Positions 33,589 to 45,621 of a stretch of 64,000 nucleotides of DNA are shown here, in pieces (the stretch's first letter is position 1; each line of letters opens with the position of its first letter). The notes under the pieces were generated by a model, which ran no database searches, was not told the origin of the DNA, and saw only the letters and a list, made by a program, of their open reading frames with translations. The DNA is from an uncultured Gammaproteobacteria bacterium (GTDB lineage Bacteria > Pseudomonadota > Gammaproteobacteria > CAWCPV01). The translations under genes and the position numbers were made by a program. The stretch is taken from the NCBI GenBank assembly GCA_963797555.1, contig CAWCPV010000007.1, positions 544,001 to 608,000 on the forward strand, read 5' to 3'.

Positions 33589-35796
33589 CTACTCGGTTCG
33601 CGTGATCCCGCGAGCATCGCCCCTCAAGCGGGCCGCGAGATTCGTGATCCTTCGGCTGGAGCGCACGTTCTTGACGGCCATGGCTAGCGCCTTGATCTGA
33701 CCGATGATAACGACGAGCCGCCTGCCACGGGTGACGGCGGTGTACAGAAGGTTGCGCTCAAGGAGCGTGTAGTGTTGGGTCGCTATCGGAATCACCACCG
33801 CAGGATACTCGGACCCTTGGCTCTTATGCACCGTCGTGGCAAACGCCAGGGAGACCTCGTCCAGCTCGCCCAGCTCGTACTCGATCTCACGGCCATCGAA
33901 GTCGATGTACACGAGCCCTTCCTCGAGATCGATGCGCGAGACGCGCCCGATATCGCCGTTGAACGCCTCCTTGTCGTAGTTGTTGACGGTCTGTATCACC
34001 TTGTCCCCCGGGGCAAAGGTCGAGCCGAAACGCGTGACCGTGGGCTGCGCATCCGGGTTGAGCCGCTGGTGCAGCTCCACGTTCAATGACCGCGCGCCGA
34101 GCCCACCGCGGTTCATCGGCGTGAGGACCTGGACGTCTCGAATTGAATGGAGCCCGAAGCGCTTCGGGATGCGCACGCTCACCAGGTCGATCAGCTTGTC
34201 GTGAATCTCCTCCGCGGTGTCGGCCGCGACGAAGTAGAAGTCTCTCGGCTCTTGGTGCTTGTCGGGACGCTCGGGCAGGAGTCCCCGGTTGATGCGGTGG
34301 GCGTTGACGACGATGCTGGAACTCGCCGCTTGGCGGAAGATCTCCGACAGCCACAGGATGGGAATGCGGCCGGAGTCGATGAGATCGGCCAGCACCGCAC
34401 CCGGTCCGACCGAGGGAAGCTGGTCGGCATCCCCGACCATGAGCACCGCGGCCTCATCGGGGATGGCCCGCAGCAACTGATTCATCAAGACCACATCCAC
34501 CATGGAGACCTCGTCGATCACCACGAAGTCGGCCTCCAGGGGGGTCTCCGGACCGCGCTTGAAACGCATCGCCTTGGGGTCGAACTCGAGCAGCCGGTGG
34601 ATGGTTCGAGCCTCCTGCCCGGTGGACTCGGACAGCCGCTTGGCCGCTCGACCGGTAGGGGCGCAGAGCTCCACGTGCGCCCCCTTGGCCCGGACGATGC
34701 GCAAGACGCTGTTCACCACCGTGGTCTTGCCGACTCCGGGACCTCCGGTGATCACGGTGACCTTGCCGTTGACCGCTTTCGCGACTGCGCCGCGCTGCGA
34801 GGCGGAAAGCGAAAGCCCGGTCTTGCCTTCCACCCAGGCGATGGCCTTGTCAGGGTCGATGGTTCCCCAAGGAGGCGCACCGCCCAGCAAGGCCAAGAGC
34901 CGAGCGGCCACTCCGACCTCCGCACGATACAGGGGCGTGAGGTACAGGGAAGGTGTCCCCTCGATGTCTTCGGTCACCAGGTTGCCCTCGAGCAACTCTC
35001 GATCGACGGCGGCCTCGATCGTGCCCGCAGGAATCTGTAGGAGCTGCGTCGCGGTTTCCACCAGCGTCTCCCGCTGCGCTGCACAGTGGCCCTGCGAGGA
35101 GTGCTCTTGGAGCACATGGCGCACCCCGGCCTGGGCGCGCATCAGAGAGTCCGCCGGAATACCCAGGCGTTGGGCCAAAGCATCCGCGGTCTTGAAGCCA
35201 ACGCCGTGGATATCCAATGCCAGCCGGTAAGGGTTCTCGCGCACCCGATCGATGGCTTCATCGCCATAAGTCTTGTAGATGCGCACGGCGCGCGCGGTTC
35301 CGATACCGTAGGACTGGAGAAACACCATGATCTGCCGAATGGCCTTCTGCTCGGCCCACGCCGCGACCACGCGTCCCTTGCGCTTGGGGCCGATGCCGTC
35401 GAGCTCCATGAGCCGCTCTGGGGTGTCCTCGATGATGTCGAACACGTGCTCGCCGAAAGCCTTGACCAGCTTGGAGGCAAAGTGGGGTCCGATGCCTTTC
35501 ACCAGTCCAGAAGCGAGGTATTTCTCGATACCCTCCAGGGTGCTGGGTGGCACCACGCGCATGTCGGTCGCCTTGAACTGCAGGCCGTGCGTGCGGTCGT
35601 TGACCCAACAGCCGTCCGCCTCCACGTATTCGCCAGGGGTCACCGTGGCGGCCGTCCCTACCAGGGTGACCAGCTCGCGATGACCGCGCACCTTGACCCG
35701 CAGCACGCAGAACCCACTCTCCTCGCTGTGGAATGTCAGCCGCTCCACCGAGCCGCTGAGGTGTTCCTTGGAAGGCTCTGAGGGGTGGTTTCTCAA
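33589..35796 (-). CDS. recD2: ATP-dependent RecD-like DNA helicase (RecD2)
   Basis: [73 protein letters not shown]; start approximate. Confidence 0.92.
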   Translation of the reverse strand: MRNHPSEPSKEHLSGSVERLTFHSEESGFCVLRVKVRGHRELVTLVGTAATVTPGEYVEADGCWVNDRTHGLQFKATDMRVVPPSTLEGIEKYLASGLVKGIGPHFASKLVKAFGEHVFDIIEDTPERLMELDGIGPKRKGRVVAAWAEQKAIRQIMVFLQSYGIGTARAVRIYKTYGDEAIDRVRENPYRLALDIHGVGFKTADALAQRLGIPADSLMRAQAGVRHVLQEHSSQGHCAAQRETLVETATQLLQIPAGTIEAAVDRELLEGNLVTEDIEGTPSLYLTPLYRAEVGVAARLLALLGGAPPWGTIDPDKAIAWVEGKTGLSLSASQRGAVAKAVNGKVTVITGGPGVGKTTVVNSVLRIVRAKGAHVELCAPTGRAAKRLSESTGQEARTIHRLLEFDPKAMRFKRGPETPLEADFVVIDEVSMVDVVLMNQLLRAIPDEAAVLMVGDADQLPSVGPGAVLADLIDSGRIPILWLSEIFRQAASSSIVVNAHRINRGLLPERPDKHQEPRDFYFVAADTAEEIHDKLIDLVSVRIPKRFGLHSIRDVQVLTPMNRGGLGARSLNVELHQRLNPDAQPTVTRFGSTFAPGDKVIQTVNNYDKEAFNGDIGRVSRIDLEEGLVYIDFDGREIEYELGELDEVSLAFATTVHKSQGSEYPAVVIPIATQHYTLLERNLLYTAVTRGRRLVVIIGQIKALAMAVKNVRSSRRITNLAARLRGDARGITRTE

Positions 35797-36488
35797 GGAA
35801 GCTTGCGTTGGGAGGTCAAACGAACCGGGCACCGATCGATAGAGAAATCCGACACACGCGTCGAAACATGTCCGCAAGCACCCGGTGCGGTAAAACTTGC
35901 CAGTAGCCCGACGGAGGTTTGGCCGCGGAGTTCCAGGGGCGCTGTGATGGATCCGGTCAGGGTTCTCGCATCGCCCGCAGGCTGCAAGCTTTCCACAGCG
36001 CATGCGGTGCCGCAGAGCGCTCGAACTGCGTGGCTTCGCCGGAGGCTTGCCGCGAGCCGTGCCGTAAACCGATGTGCAAGCGGCCCCGAAGAGCCGCCGG
36101 TTGGCTTGCAGACGCTTATGCCAGAACACCGGACGATGGTCGAACCGGCGTCATCGGGATAGCGGCGATGCCGGTCTCGTCGAGGAGCTGCAATTTGAAT
36201 CACGGATAGCGGTCCCGGCGTCAACCGCTGCGCCCTTCCACGCAGTTCAGTCGTTGTCATGCCACCTCACCTTCCAGCGCGTGCTGCCTTTCTTGGAGGT
36301 GTCCGCAGATACAGATAACCGCACATCATACAGGGACGCCCCGACCTTTACGCCCCGAGGGGCCTGGCCAGCAGGACTCCGTGGCAGTGACTCCCCCTTG
36401 CTGATTGGGAGGACGTTGTTGCTAAGAAGCGGATTTCCGCTCGCCGCCGGGACGGGATCGGGGACCTGGCCGCGTAGTTTTCGCAATT

Positions 36489-36520
36489 CGACACAGTCGC
36501 TTCACGGTCCTGCAACGGCA
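36489..36520 (+). promoter_or_regulatory. possible Pho box upstream of the PhoX-like gene
   Basis: GACAC/TTCAC/GCAAC half-sites repeated at an 11-nt period; a degenerate match only. Confidence 0.3.
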
Positions 36521-36569
36521 AGGTGCGACCATTCCGCGTCCTATCAGCCAGTCGAGCAAGGAGTCTGGA

Positions 36570-38520
36570 ATGAAGCTCAAAGCCACGACCGTCGCCGTGT
36601 CCGCTGCCCTTTCCGTCATGCCCCTCACCGAGAACGCCGGCGCCGCGCCGGTCGTCAAGTCCGTCGAGTTCATCGGCATGCCTGCGCCGAGCAGCGTCAG
36701 CGAACGGGCCGACATCTATACCAAAGCTCGGATGAAGGTCACGTACGTCAACAGAAAGTCCCAGACGTTCGACCTCGAGTATCACCCCCTCATGAACACC
36801 ACCGAGCTGATCAACAGCAATGTCGTCGGCGGGCTGTTCGACCACAATGATGATGCCATCATGGACACAAACGGCCAGATGGCCTCCGATGCGCCGGACG
36901 GCAACTCCCTGATGGACATTCCAGGGATGCGCGCCGCCAACCCGTCGCGTAACCGTCCGCTCGCGATGGTGACCCACTTCGAATATCGGGAGCTGCCGCC
37001 GGGTTATCCCGACCACGTGGGAGGACCCTATACGAGCTATTGGTCCAAGCTTCCCGCCACCATGGGTTTGAGCAAGCTGGATCAGGACAAGAAGACAGGC
37101 GCCCTGGAAGTCGTGGACTACGGCCACATCAGCTTCGCCGACGTCTACGGCGGCTGGATCCACTGCGCCGCCTCGCTTTCGCCCTGGAACACCCACCTCG
37201 GCTCCGAGGAGTACGAACCGGATGCCAAAACGCGCGGAGAGATTGTTGCCCCCCGCTTCCGACACGAACGACACCACCGACATCGACAGCTTCAGTCTGT
37301 ATTACTTCGGCGACCCTGCCGCCGCCAACCCCTACCGCTACGGCCTGGTGCCCGAGGTGAAGGTGACGCGAAACGGCACCGCGAGCGTCGTGAAGCACTA
37401 TGCCCTCGGCCGCATCGCCCGTGAGCTGGCCGACGTGCAGCCCGACGGGCGCACCGTCTACATGGGCGACGACGGCGGCTACACGGGGCTGTTCATGTTC
37501 CTGGCCGACCGCTGGGGCGACCTGTCCAAAGGCACCCTGTACGCCGCCAAATGGCACCAGATCAGTGACGCCAACGGCGGCAGCGCAAGCCTGAGCTGGA
37601 TCCGGCTGGGCCATGCCTCCGACGAGGAGATCGAGGCCCTGGTGGACGGCGGCATCAAATTCAGCGATATCTTCGATGTCAGCAACACGGACCCGGGCGA
37701 CGTCGCTTACAAGGAGGTCAAGACCTACATGGGCACCGAGTGGCTGCGGCTCAAGCCGGGCATGGAGAAGGCCGCCGCCTTCCTGGAGACCCGCCGCTAC
37801 GCCGCCCTGCTGGGCGCCACCACCGAGTTCTCCAAAATGGAAGGCGTGACGCACAATGCCAGAGATAAGAAGACCTATGTGGTGATCTCCCGCGTCGAGG
37901 GAGGCATGACGGACATCGCGAGCGATCCGCAGAACGACATCCGCCTCGCCCGCAACGACGGCGGCGCCATCTACGAGCTTGCACTGTCCGGCGGACAGAA
38001 GGACACGGACGCTCATTCGATCCCGAGCGGCTATGTCGCCAAGAGCATCGCCAGCATCCCCGAGCTGCTGGGCGGCTGGCTGGGCCTGGATGCGAACGGC
38101 AAGGCCATCAAGGATGCTGAAGGCAACCGTTGCTTACAGGACAAGGTTTGCGGCGGCGACAACCTCAAGTACGCCGAGAACATGCGCACCCTGTTCATCG
38201 GCGAAGACACCAGCCGCCGCAACAACAACTACGTCTGGGCGTTCAACATCGACACCCGCAAGCTCTCCCGCGTTCTGTCCGTGCCCATGTACGCCGAGGC
38301 CACCGGCCTGCAGGTGGTGGAGAACCAGAACGGTTACAGCTACATCATGAGCAACTTCCAGCACCCCGGCGAGCAGGACCAGAAAGGCGAGTTTTTGGGC
38401 GCCCCTGGAATCACCGAGACCGATGTGCTGGACGCCATCGACACCCGGTGTGACAACCGCAAGAAGGCCGCCATCGGCTACATCGGTACCGAAGACGGTG
38501 CCCTGCCGGCGATCAAGTAA
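36570..38520 (+). CDS. PhoX-like (DUF839) secreted alkaline phosphatase (frameshift near 37255)
   Basis: Signal peptide; CAASLSPWNTHLGSEEYEPD, GRIARE, YMGDDG, KMEG, DNL, FIGEDT, EATG, NFQHPG. Confidence 0.8.
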
Positions 38521-38619
38521 ACGGTAGCTGCATGACAACGCGCTCCTGGCGCCAGGGAAGGCGCCGAGCGTCCCGGCGGTGGGTCATAGTCAGCGGCGGC
38601 GGGGCGGGGTTGCCCGGAT

Positions 38620-38720
38620 GACGCCGCAGGCGCCCGTCGAAGGCGAAGGATCGGGATCGCCGACGGTAATCCGGTCGAAGTCCGGGTGGAACGGTTCAGG
38701 ATTTAGTGCACTCGTCGTTC
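38620..38720 (-). pseudogene. C-terminal remnant of a RES-domain toxin
   Basis: ALNP..FHPDFDRITVGDPDP / FAFDGRL resembles the RES toxin end LNPxHPDFxxIxIGxPxPFxFDxRL. Confidence 0.5.
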
Positions 38721-38789
38721 CCGATGGCCGATGGGGCTTGCAGGACCACCGTCCGTTTCGACTGCCGTGTGCGGGGAAACCCCGTGAGT

Positions 38790-39062
38790 GTCTGCATCGC
38801 AGATACCTTCGAGCCATCGAGACCCTTGGGCTGAATTTCGAGACGAGAGACGATGAGGCTGAGGGATGAAGCCATGAGCTGTTATGAGCGTGGACTGGAG
38901 GTCGACGCAGCAGCGGAAGGACTCTGTCAGAAGCTCATGTCTTGCCCCCTACGCCTTGCAAAGCGCAGCGAGGCGATCAGTGCTCACCAGCGGTGCAAGG
39001 ACGCTCTGGCTCGAGACCTGGGAGTCGCCCCGTCCCCCAACACACAAGGCTCCGCGAACAGC
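38790..39062 (+). pseudogene. BTAD (bacterial transcriptional activator domain) C-terminal remnant
   Basis: EAMSCYERGLEVD..AEGLCQKLM...EAISAHQRCKDAL...LGVAPSPNT. Confidence 0.7.
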
Positions 39063-39167
39063 CCACTCGTACATGACTATCCTCCTGGCGACGTTCTGAT
39101 GTGCACGTACGCGGAGGACCGACGGCGGCCTTGCCGCTGACGCCGGTCCCCACATAGGCAGCTTGGT

Positions 39168-39912
39168 TTACTGAAACGGCGGAGGCACCACCGTCAGGTC
39201 ATAGGTGATGTCCTGCTTGAAAACGAAGTCGAACTCCGGAAACGGCGCGACCCCCCGGAACTTGACCGTGTGGGCGCCATCCGACAGCGGGGGCAGCAGC
39301 ACCCAGAAGCCGTCGGAAACCGAGGCGCTCGGGTTGGGCTCGGTCCCGAAGAGACCCAACTGGTCGCCGGGCGGCAGGGTGAAGCTGAACAGGTCCGACT
39401 GTACCCGTGTCCGGCCGAGGTTCCGAAGCGCGACACCGTCGACGCTCGCCTCGACCTCCGTCACGTGGTCCATTAGGTCCTTAGCGCACTGACGGAGATC
39501 CCTTTCGGTAGTTCCGTTGCCCTCGATAACCGAGCACTCGGCGTTGATGACGGGGAAAAAGATTGCGGTCCCGTGGGGAGACCACGCAGGTGCGCACGAC
39601 CGTGCCCTGGATGGGGTCTACCGGTGTGGTGGCGATGACCCCGCCGAGAAACCACACGTCGCCGTGCTGGCCCACACCGCAATAGTCGGCGGACTGCGGC
39701 CCGACGAAGGCTAGTGGGTGGACTGCCTCCGGAATCGAGAGCGCCCATTGCCACCAGTCAGCGCTAAGTGCCCTGATCTGCCCCTTGCTGATACCGTCAG
39801 AAATATTGCTCACCGGTTGCGCCGCCAACACGCCAAGCGGTGCCCAGCAGAGCATTGAAACGACCGCGATGCCTGCAACGGAGGATGGATGGATGTTCTT
39901 CGTAGTCCTCAT
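39168..39912 (-). CDS. secreted hypothetical protein (frameshifted)
   Basis: Signal peptide; LSADWWQWALSIP...VWFLGG...RTC; C-terminal VSDGFWVLLPPLSDGAHTVKF in a second frame. Confidence 0.7.
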
Positions 39913-40165
39913 TGCCGCCCTCCAAGGAGTGGGTTAATAAGGGTGATTGGTTGGGATCTCGTCCGCCGCTCGCGGGCAGGACCCTGCGCGCCCGCCCGCA
40001 GAGCCCCCCGCCGAGAGCCATCCGAGGCGGGGTTCTTGCGGGGTCCGGAGCCCCGCAAGAGCAAACCTCACCGACATTCCGGAGGTGTGTACCCCTGCTT
40101 TCCGATGCCGCGGTCCATTAGACCGAGGGCAGCACGAAGCCACCCTCGATGAGGATCAACGGAGG

Positions 40166-41132
40166 TTATTGGTTCGGGACGATGGAAACGGTATCGGTAC
40201 CACGTATCTCTTCACCATCGTAGGTGGTTGCCTCCAGCGTAGCTTGTGAGTCTCCAGGTTGTAACAACAGCTGCTCGGTCTCGACGTGACACAAAAGATC
40301 GACTAGACCGTCGCCGTTAACGTCTTCGGATTGGCAAAGGTATTTGTTGGCTTTGCCCACCAGTCGGACTTTGGCGCCGGCGAGTGTGATCGAATCGGGG
40401 TTGACTGTAGTGGCGTCGAATGTTGGCGAACTCAAAATCGCCACGGGGATCACTCCCGCCGATCCAAGGTTGATGCTGTTGGGGTAGCTTCCAGGCTTTA
40501 TGTCAATGGCTACCTCTAGCGCTGCGGAGACAACCGACACCGCTATATTCAAGGGTCCACCGATACCTAGACCATGGGTGCTGTTGTCCATGATATCTAC
40601 GCGATCCAAAAGCTCACAACCGCCTCCCACGTCCGCAAGACCGCAGGCCAGACCGGCGGTCACCAAACGTCCATCAAGGTCTTCGAAAACGATGGTCGGA
40701 ATCGCGTTACCGCCAACCATCACTGGACCGTTAAACCACGTTAAACCAGATGGCGGCTGAGGGATTAGGAGCGTATCCACCGAGTGGCCCGTCATCAACA
40801 TCATTGGCATCCCACGTCTTCGTGCCATAGTTCGCTGAAATGTCGGAAAGTGCGGTCTTCTGATAACCGTAAAGGTCGGTCGCGATGATGTCCTGCGGAA
40901 ATGGGCCGATCTGCGTTCCGCCTTGGATAATGGTTGGGGCGCTCGTATCAAGCCGAAACTTGACTGTGGCTGGGGAGTCTGCAGTTTGGCCAAAAAGTGT
41001 TTCGCCAAAAAAGGGACTGACGCTCGCTGTGATGGTAACGTCGAAGATGTCCGCTTCAGCCACCACGCTCCATAATAGAAAGGCACCGACAAGAATCGTC
41101 GAATCCGCTCGCCGAAAAGTGAGTGTAGTCAT
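40166..41132 (-). CDS. secreted hypothetical protein with C-terminal IDIKPGS..NSIN domain (frameshift near 40775)
   Basis: Signal-peptide-like N-terminus in ORF 40731-41246; C-terminal IDIKPGSYPNSINLGSAGVIPVAILS...DVNGDGLVDL in ORF 40166-41092; lower GC than flanks. Confidence 0.7.
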
Positions 41133-41188
41133 CTTCTTGCCTCCTAGATTCTTAAGAATTGACGCTTTTCTGGAGAATCGCCAGCATT

Positions 41189-41449
41189 TTAAGTTCCAGT
41201 CACCTCCTTTCTCGGCGGGGTGTGCCCATTTCGACCTTTGTGGCACCAGCCGTACACTTCCGCAACTGCGCCGAGCTTCGGATCATTCCAGGGCTCACCG
41301 TCGTCGACTGCGCCCGGTGCCGGACGCAAGCGCCGGTAAACCTCAGCAGCGACACCAAGATGGGGATCATTCCAAGGCTCCGCGAGCTTTTTTGCGCCCG
41401 GTTCGCCGTCAACGACTCCCCGCTTTTCGCTGTCAGCCGTTCTCTTCAT
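41189..41449 (-). CDS. small protein with a duplicated 15-aa motif
   Basis: EPWNDPHLGVAAEVY / EPWNDPKLGAVAEVY; the two DNA copies differ mostly at synonymous sites; GAGGG upstream of ATG. Confidence 0.55.
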   Translation of the reverse strand: MKRTADSEKRGVVDGEPGAKKLAEPWNDPHLGVAAEVYRRLRPAPGAVDDGEPWNDPKLGAVAEVYGWCHKGRNGHTPPRKEVTGT

Positions 41450-41795
41450 CGCGTTTCCCTCTCTTGCCGGCGCGCCCCCTTCGGCGCCCCTTGAGTCTTT
41501 CTGCCGTTGCTATGAATCAACCGCACTGGAGGTGCTCGGAGTGCTGCGCGGCCGCTGCGGCTTGTCCGGATATCACGTGCCTGCCCGTGTCCGATGAGGA
41601 TGCTGTGGCGCGTGCATGCGGGCAATCTGGTATCTTGTCAACATGGGCCGAACAGGTGTTTGAGGTACTGGCCACAAGCGCAAGATGAACTTGCGCACGA
41701 TAAGTTGACCACCGTACTCAATGTACTGAGGCACTGGTTACGGATAGGTAACAGGAGCTGATTGCCGACGAGGCGGAAGTTCGGCGCGTCGTTGG

Positions 41796-43675
41796 GTGGG
41801 GGGAAAGGAGGTGGCGACGGGCTCTGGAACAGTCTTGCCGGACGGACCGCGGGTGACGGCCCTGCGCGGGGAGAGAAGCTGGACGGTGGAGGAGTTGTCC
41901 GCCCGCGCACGTGTCTCCCTGCGCGCGATGCGCCGCATCGAGTCGTCCCAGCCGGTGCGTCGAACGGATCTGAGCGCGGTCGAGACCGCTTTCCGCATGG
42001 CGCCGGGCAGCCTCATGGCTCGGAGGCCGCACTCGACGGCCACCCCTGTCAGTGCCAAGTGGGGTGCTCCCGAGATCCCCCGCATCTACGCTCGGGAGCG
42101 GCTGTTCGAGCGGCTCGACCATTTCAGCCCTCGCGCCTGCACCTGGCTGGGCGCGCCGGCGGGCTACGGCAAGACCTGCCTTGCAAGAGCGTACGCGGAC
42201 AAGATAGCGGTCCCGTGTCTCTGGTACACCCTGGAGCAGGCGGACTCGGATGTGGCCACGTTCTTCTCCGATCTCAGCTCCGGTCTCGCGGTCGCAATCC
42301 CTGGCGCGCCGCTGTTGCAGTATTCCACCGACATCCATGACATCGGCGCATTCGCCCGCGCCTACTTCAAACAGGTGTTCGCGCACTTCGAGGGCGCGCA
42401 GGTCGTGGTGCTCGACGACTACCAGCAAGTCGCGCCCGATGCTCCCTTGCATACCGTCGTCGCGGCTGCCCTCGCGGTCATACCCCGGAGATCTCGGCTC
42501 ATTGTCCTCAGTCGCGAGGCGCCGCCCGCTGCGCTCGCCCGGGCGCAGATGTACGATGAGGTGGCGATAGTGGGGGCTGAAGACCTCCGATTAACCCTCA
42601 CCGAGGCATTGGCCATCGCTCGGCTGCGGCGCCCTCAAGAAGATCTCAGCGAACAAAGCCTCCAAGTCCTCCACGAGCGAGCGGGCGGGTGGGCGGCAGG
42701 GTTTGTGCTTCTGCTTCGCCACCCCGCCCGGGCCGCTCCGCCTCCGGACGCCGTGGGGCTGCTCTTCGAGTATTTCGCGCGGGAAGTCCTCGGCGGCGCC
42801 GACGAGGAGGTCCGGGACTTCCTGCTCCAGAGCGCATGGCTGCCGAGCATGACCGTGGAAATGGCCCAACGCATGACGGGGCACCCGCAGGCCGATGCCC
42901 TGCTGGCCTCGCTCGTCCATGGGAACTATTTCCTATCTCGCACTGCCTCCGCGGACCCCCTGTACCGATATCACCAGCTCTTCCGGACATTCCTGCTGCA
43001 TCATGCTGACGCCACATGGAGTCCGAGTGAGCAGGATAATTGCCGGCGGCGGGCCGCGGCAATTCTCGAGGAGGCGGGCCAACTGGATGCCGCCGTGGGG
43101 CTATGGCGCGACTTGGGGGACTGGGAGGCGCTCACGCGCTTGATCCGTCGGGCCGCTCCTTCGCTCCTGATACAAGGCCGGACGCAAAGCCTGGAGGGGT
43201 GGCTCAGCGGCATCCCCGAGGCGGCGGTGGCGCAGCGGCCGTGGCTCCTGTACTGGTCCGGACGTGCCCGGCTGCACCGCGACCCGTTCGGAGCGCGCTC
43301 CCTCTTTGAACGGGCTTACCTGAAGTTCAAGGAGGCCCAGGAAGTGGAAGGGCTGTTCCTGGGCTGGGCGGCCGTGTGCAAAACATACTGGCTTGCCCTG
43401 GATGATCCCCGCCCGCTGCAGCGTTGGCTGGGGGAGCTGGACGCCGTCCGCGCCCGATGGCCGAGCTTTCCTTCGCCTGAAATCGAGGCCCGCGTCGCCT
43501 TTGGCGCCTTTTATGGGCTGATGGCGAATGACCCGCTGCACCCGCAGTTCGGTGGGTGGGAGAGCCGGCTGTTGGAGGCGCTGCAGAGCGAACAGCCCCC
43601 CGATCTGCGGCTCATGATCGCCAACCTGCTCATGTTTCATTACGTCTGGAACGTGGGTGACCGAGGTCACGTGTC
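41796..43675 (+). pseudogene. HTH + MalT-like STAND ATPase transcriptional regulator, C-terminally truncated
   Basis: N-terminal Xre HTH (WTVEELSARARVS), Walker A GAPAGYGKT, Walker B VLDDY, GWAAG, YRYHQLFR, TPR region; homology ends near 43670. Confidence 0.78.
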
Positions 43676-43759
43676 CCGAGTGCGGCGAGGTCTTGAGCGG
43701 CCGGTACGGCTGCATAGACATTGCTTGCGGCTGCGGCGCGCGATTCTGCCTGCAGCCTG

Positions 43760-43924
43760 GTCATACCCGGCGCGTCTCTCCCGGTGGAGCTGATTCTGTG
43801 CAACCTGAGCGAGGGCGCCTCGGAGCAGGGTCTGCTTGACGCTTATCCGCATATTTGGGGCGAGGGTATACGGGCCACGACGCTTTATGCCGCCGAAGCA
43901 CTTGCGCACGAGGAGATCGCATAG
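43760..43924 (+). pseudogene. DUF433 antitoxin-like fragment
   Basis: VIPGASLPVELILCNLSEGASEQGLLDAYPHI..EGIRATTLYAA. Confidence 0.65.
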
Positions 43925-44213
43925 TTAGGGTAAGTCGGCCTCCGTCCACGGAGACGCGGAACAACGAAAGAAATCCTGATATTCTTAGCAGACGAGGCTG
44001 CCTTCAAATCGGAGGCGAAGACATGCAACCCGCGAGCGTGAAGAAGGCGGCTCACAAACTCATTGACGAGCTGCCAGACGACTGATGTGGCTCCGATTCT
44101 CTGAACAGAGGAATCGATTTTGTAGATGGTGAACCGCGGGTGCAGAGTTATCCACGGGGCCGCCGCCCGCCCTTCTCAGGCGGGAGGCGAGCGGCCCGGT
44201 GGGTAACTCGCGT

Positions 44214-44782
44214 TCAGGCTGCGAGCTTTTCGTCTTGCTGCCCATAATACACGGCGTCCGGTGTCTGGTCTCCTAGCCCTTGATGCCGGCGTCGTTGATT
44301 GTAGAAAGTGAAGTACCGGCCGAGTTGGCGCTTGGCGTCCAGGATCGACTCGTACGCCTTCAGATACACTTCTTCGTACTTCACGCTGCGCCACAGCCTC
44401 TCGACAAAAACGTTATCTATCCAGCGCCCGCGTCCGTCCATACTGATGCGGATGTCATGAGCCAGGAGCGCGCTCGTGAAATCCTTGTCGGTGAACTGGC
44501 TGCCCTGGTCGGTATTGAAGATCTCGGGGCGTCCGTGGAGCATGAGCGCCTCTTCCAGCGCCTCCATACAGAAGGAGGTGTCCATGCAGTTGGAAAGCCG
44601 CCAGGCCAGCACCCGGCGCGAGCACCAATCGATGATCGCCACCAGATAGGCAAAGCCCTTGGCCAGGGGAATGTACGTGATGTCCGTAGCCCAGACCTGG
44701 TTGGGTCGGGTGACCACTACATCACGCTAGCCAAGTAGGGCCATACCTTGTGGCCGGGGTGCGCATCCGAGAGCCGCGGCGA
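44214..44782 (-). pseudogene. IS3 OrfB integrase core (3' part)
   Basis: PNQVWATDITY, NTDQGSQF, DNVFVERLWRSVKYE. Confidence 0.9.
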
Positions 44783-44856
44783 TGTCTGACGTCAATTACT
44801 CTGTCCGGTTGACGACAACTAGAATGGCCGCTCTGTAGTGTAGGCGGTAGTTGTCG

Positions 44857-45621
44857 TCAGCTCTTGTTCGATACCTCCTGGTTGCGGGTTGCTTGGCGCT
44901 TTCGGTAGCTCTGCCCGTTGAGCTCGATGATGTGGGCATGGTGGACGAGCCGGTCGATGGCGGCGACGGCCATCATGTTGTCGGGGAAGATCGCATCCCA
45001 CTCGCTGAAGGGGTGGTTGCTGGTGATCAGGAGACTGCCGCTCTCGTAGCGGTGGGCGATGAGCTCGAAGAGCACGGAGCTTTCCATCTCGGTGCGCTTG
45101 ACGTAGCCGATGTCATCGAGGACGAGCAGCGGGTACTTGTCGAGCTTGGCGAGCGCATCGCTGAGCCTGAGGGCCTGTTTGGCGGTTTGAAGCTCCTGGA
45201 CGAGGCTGGTTGCCGAGGCGAAACGCACCCGCACCCCTTGGCTGATGAGCCCGTGCCCAATGGCTGCGGCGAGATGGGTTTTGCCGACGCCGGAGGGCCC
45301 GAAGAGCAGGAGGTTGTCGGTGCGCTCGACCCAGGTGGCATCCTCGGCGAGCTGCACGATCTGCTGGCGGTTCAGCCCGGCGCTGGCCGTGAAGTCGAAG
45401 TGCTGGAGCGTCTTGCCCGCGGGCAGGCGGGCATCGTTGAGGTGGCGCTCCAGGCGCCGCCGCTCGCGTTCGGCGAGCTCGTGCTCGCAGAGCGCGGCGA
45501 GATAGTCGGCGAGGCTCCAGTGGTGCTCGAGGGCCCGGGTTTGCAGCGGTTGATACAGCCGTGCCATGGTCGGCAGGCGCAGCTCCCTGAGCAGCAGGGG
45601 CAAGGTGGCGGCGTTAGCCAT
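44857..45621 (-). CDS. istB: IS21 helper ATPase IstB
   Basis: GPSGVGKTHLA, LVLDDIGY, ITSN, AAIDRLVHH. Confidence 0.95.
   Translation of the reverse strand: MANAATLPLLLRELRLPTMARLYQPLQTRALEHHWSLADYLAALCEHELAERERRRLERHLNDARLPAGKTLQHFDFTASAGLNRQQIVQLAEDATWVERTDNLLLFGPSGVGKTHLAAAIGHGLISQGVRVRFASATSLVQELQTAKQALRLSDALAKLDKYPLLVLDDIGYVKRTEMESSVLFELIAHRYESGSLLITSNHPFSEWDAIFPDNMMAVAAIDRLVHHAHIIELNGQSYRKRQATRNQEVSNKS

Noticed and set aside
35797-36129. N-terminal extension of the 846-aa RecD2 ORF
   Set aside because: Homology begins only near [10 protein letters not shown]; the upstream part looks like non-coding read-through.
39915-40165. Possible c-di-GMP riboswitch
   Set aside because: GCAAACC and CGGTCTAA-like pieces lie on opposite strands, and the GAAA tetraloop/GACGCAAAGC core is missing.
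43667-43757. Cys-rich segment VTCPECG...CGCGARF as a separate zinc-ribbon gene
   Set aside because: It has no RBS or proper start and sits between two other fragments; treated as unassigned debris.
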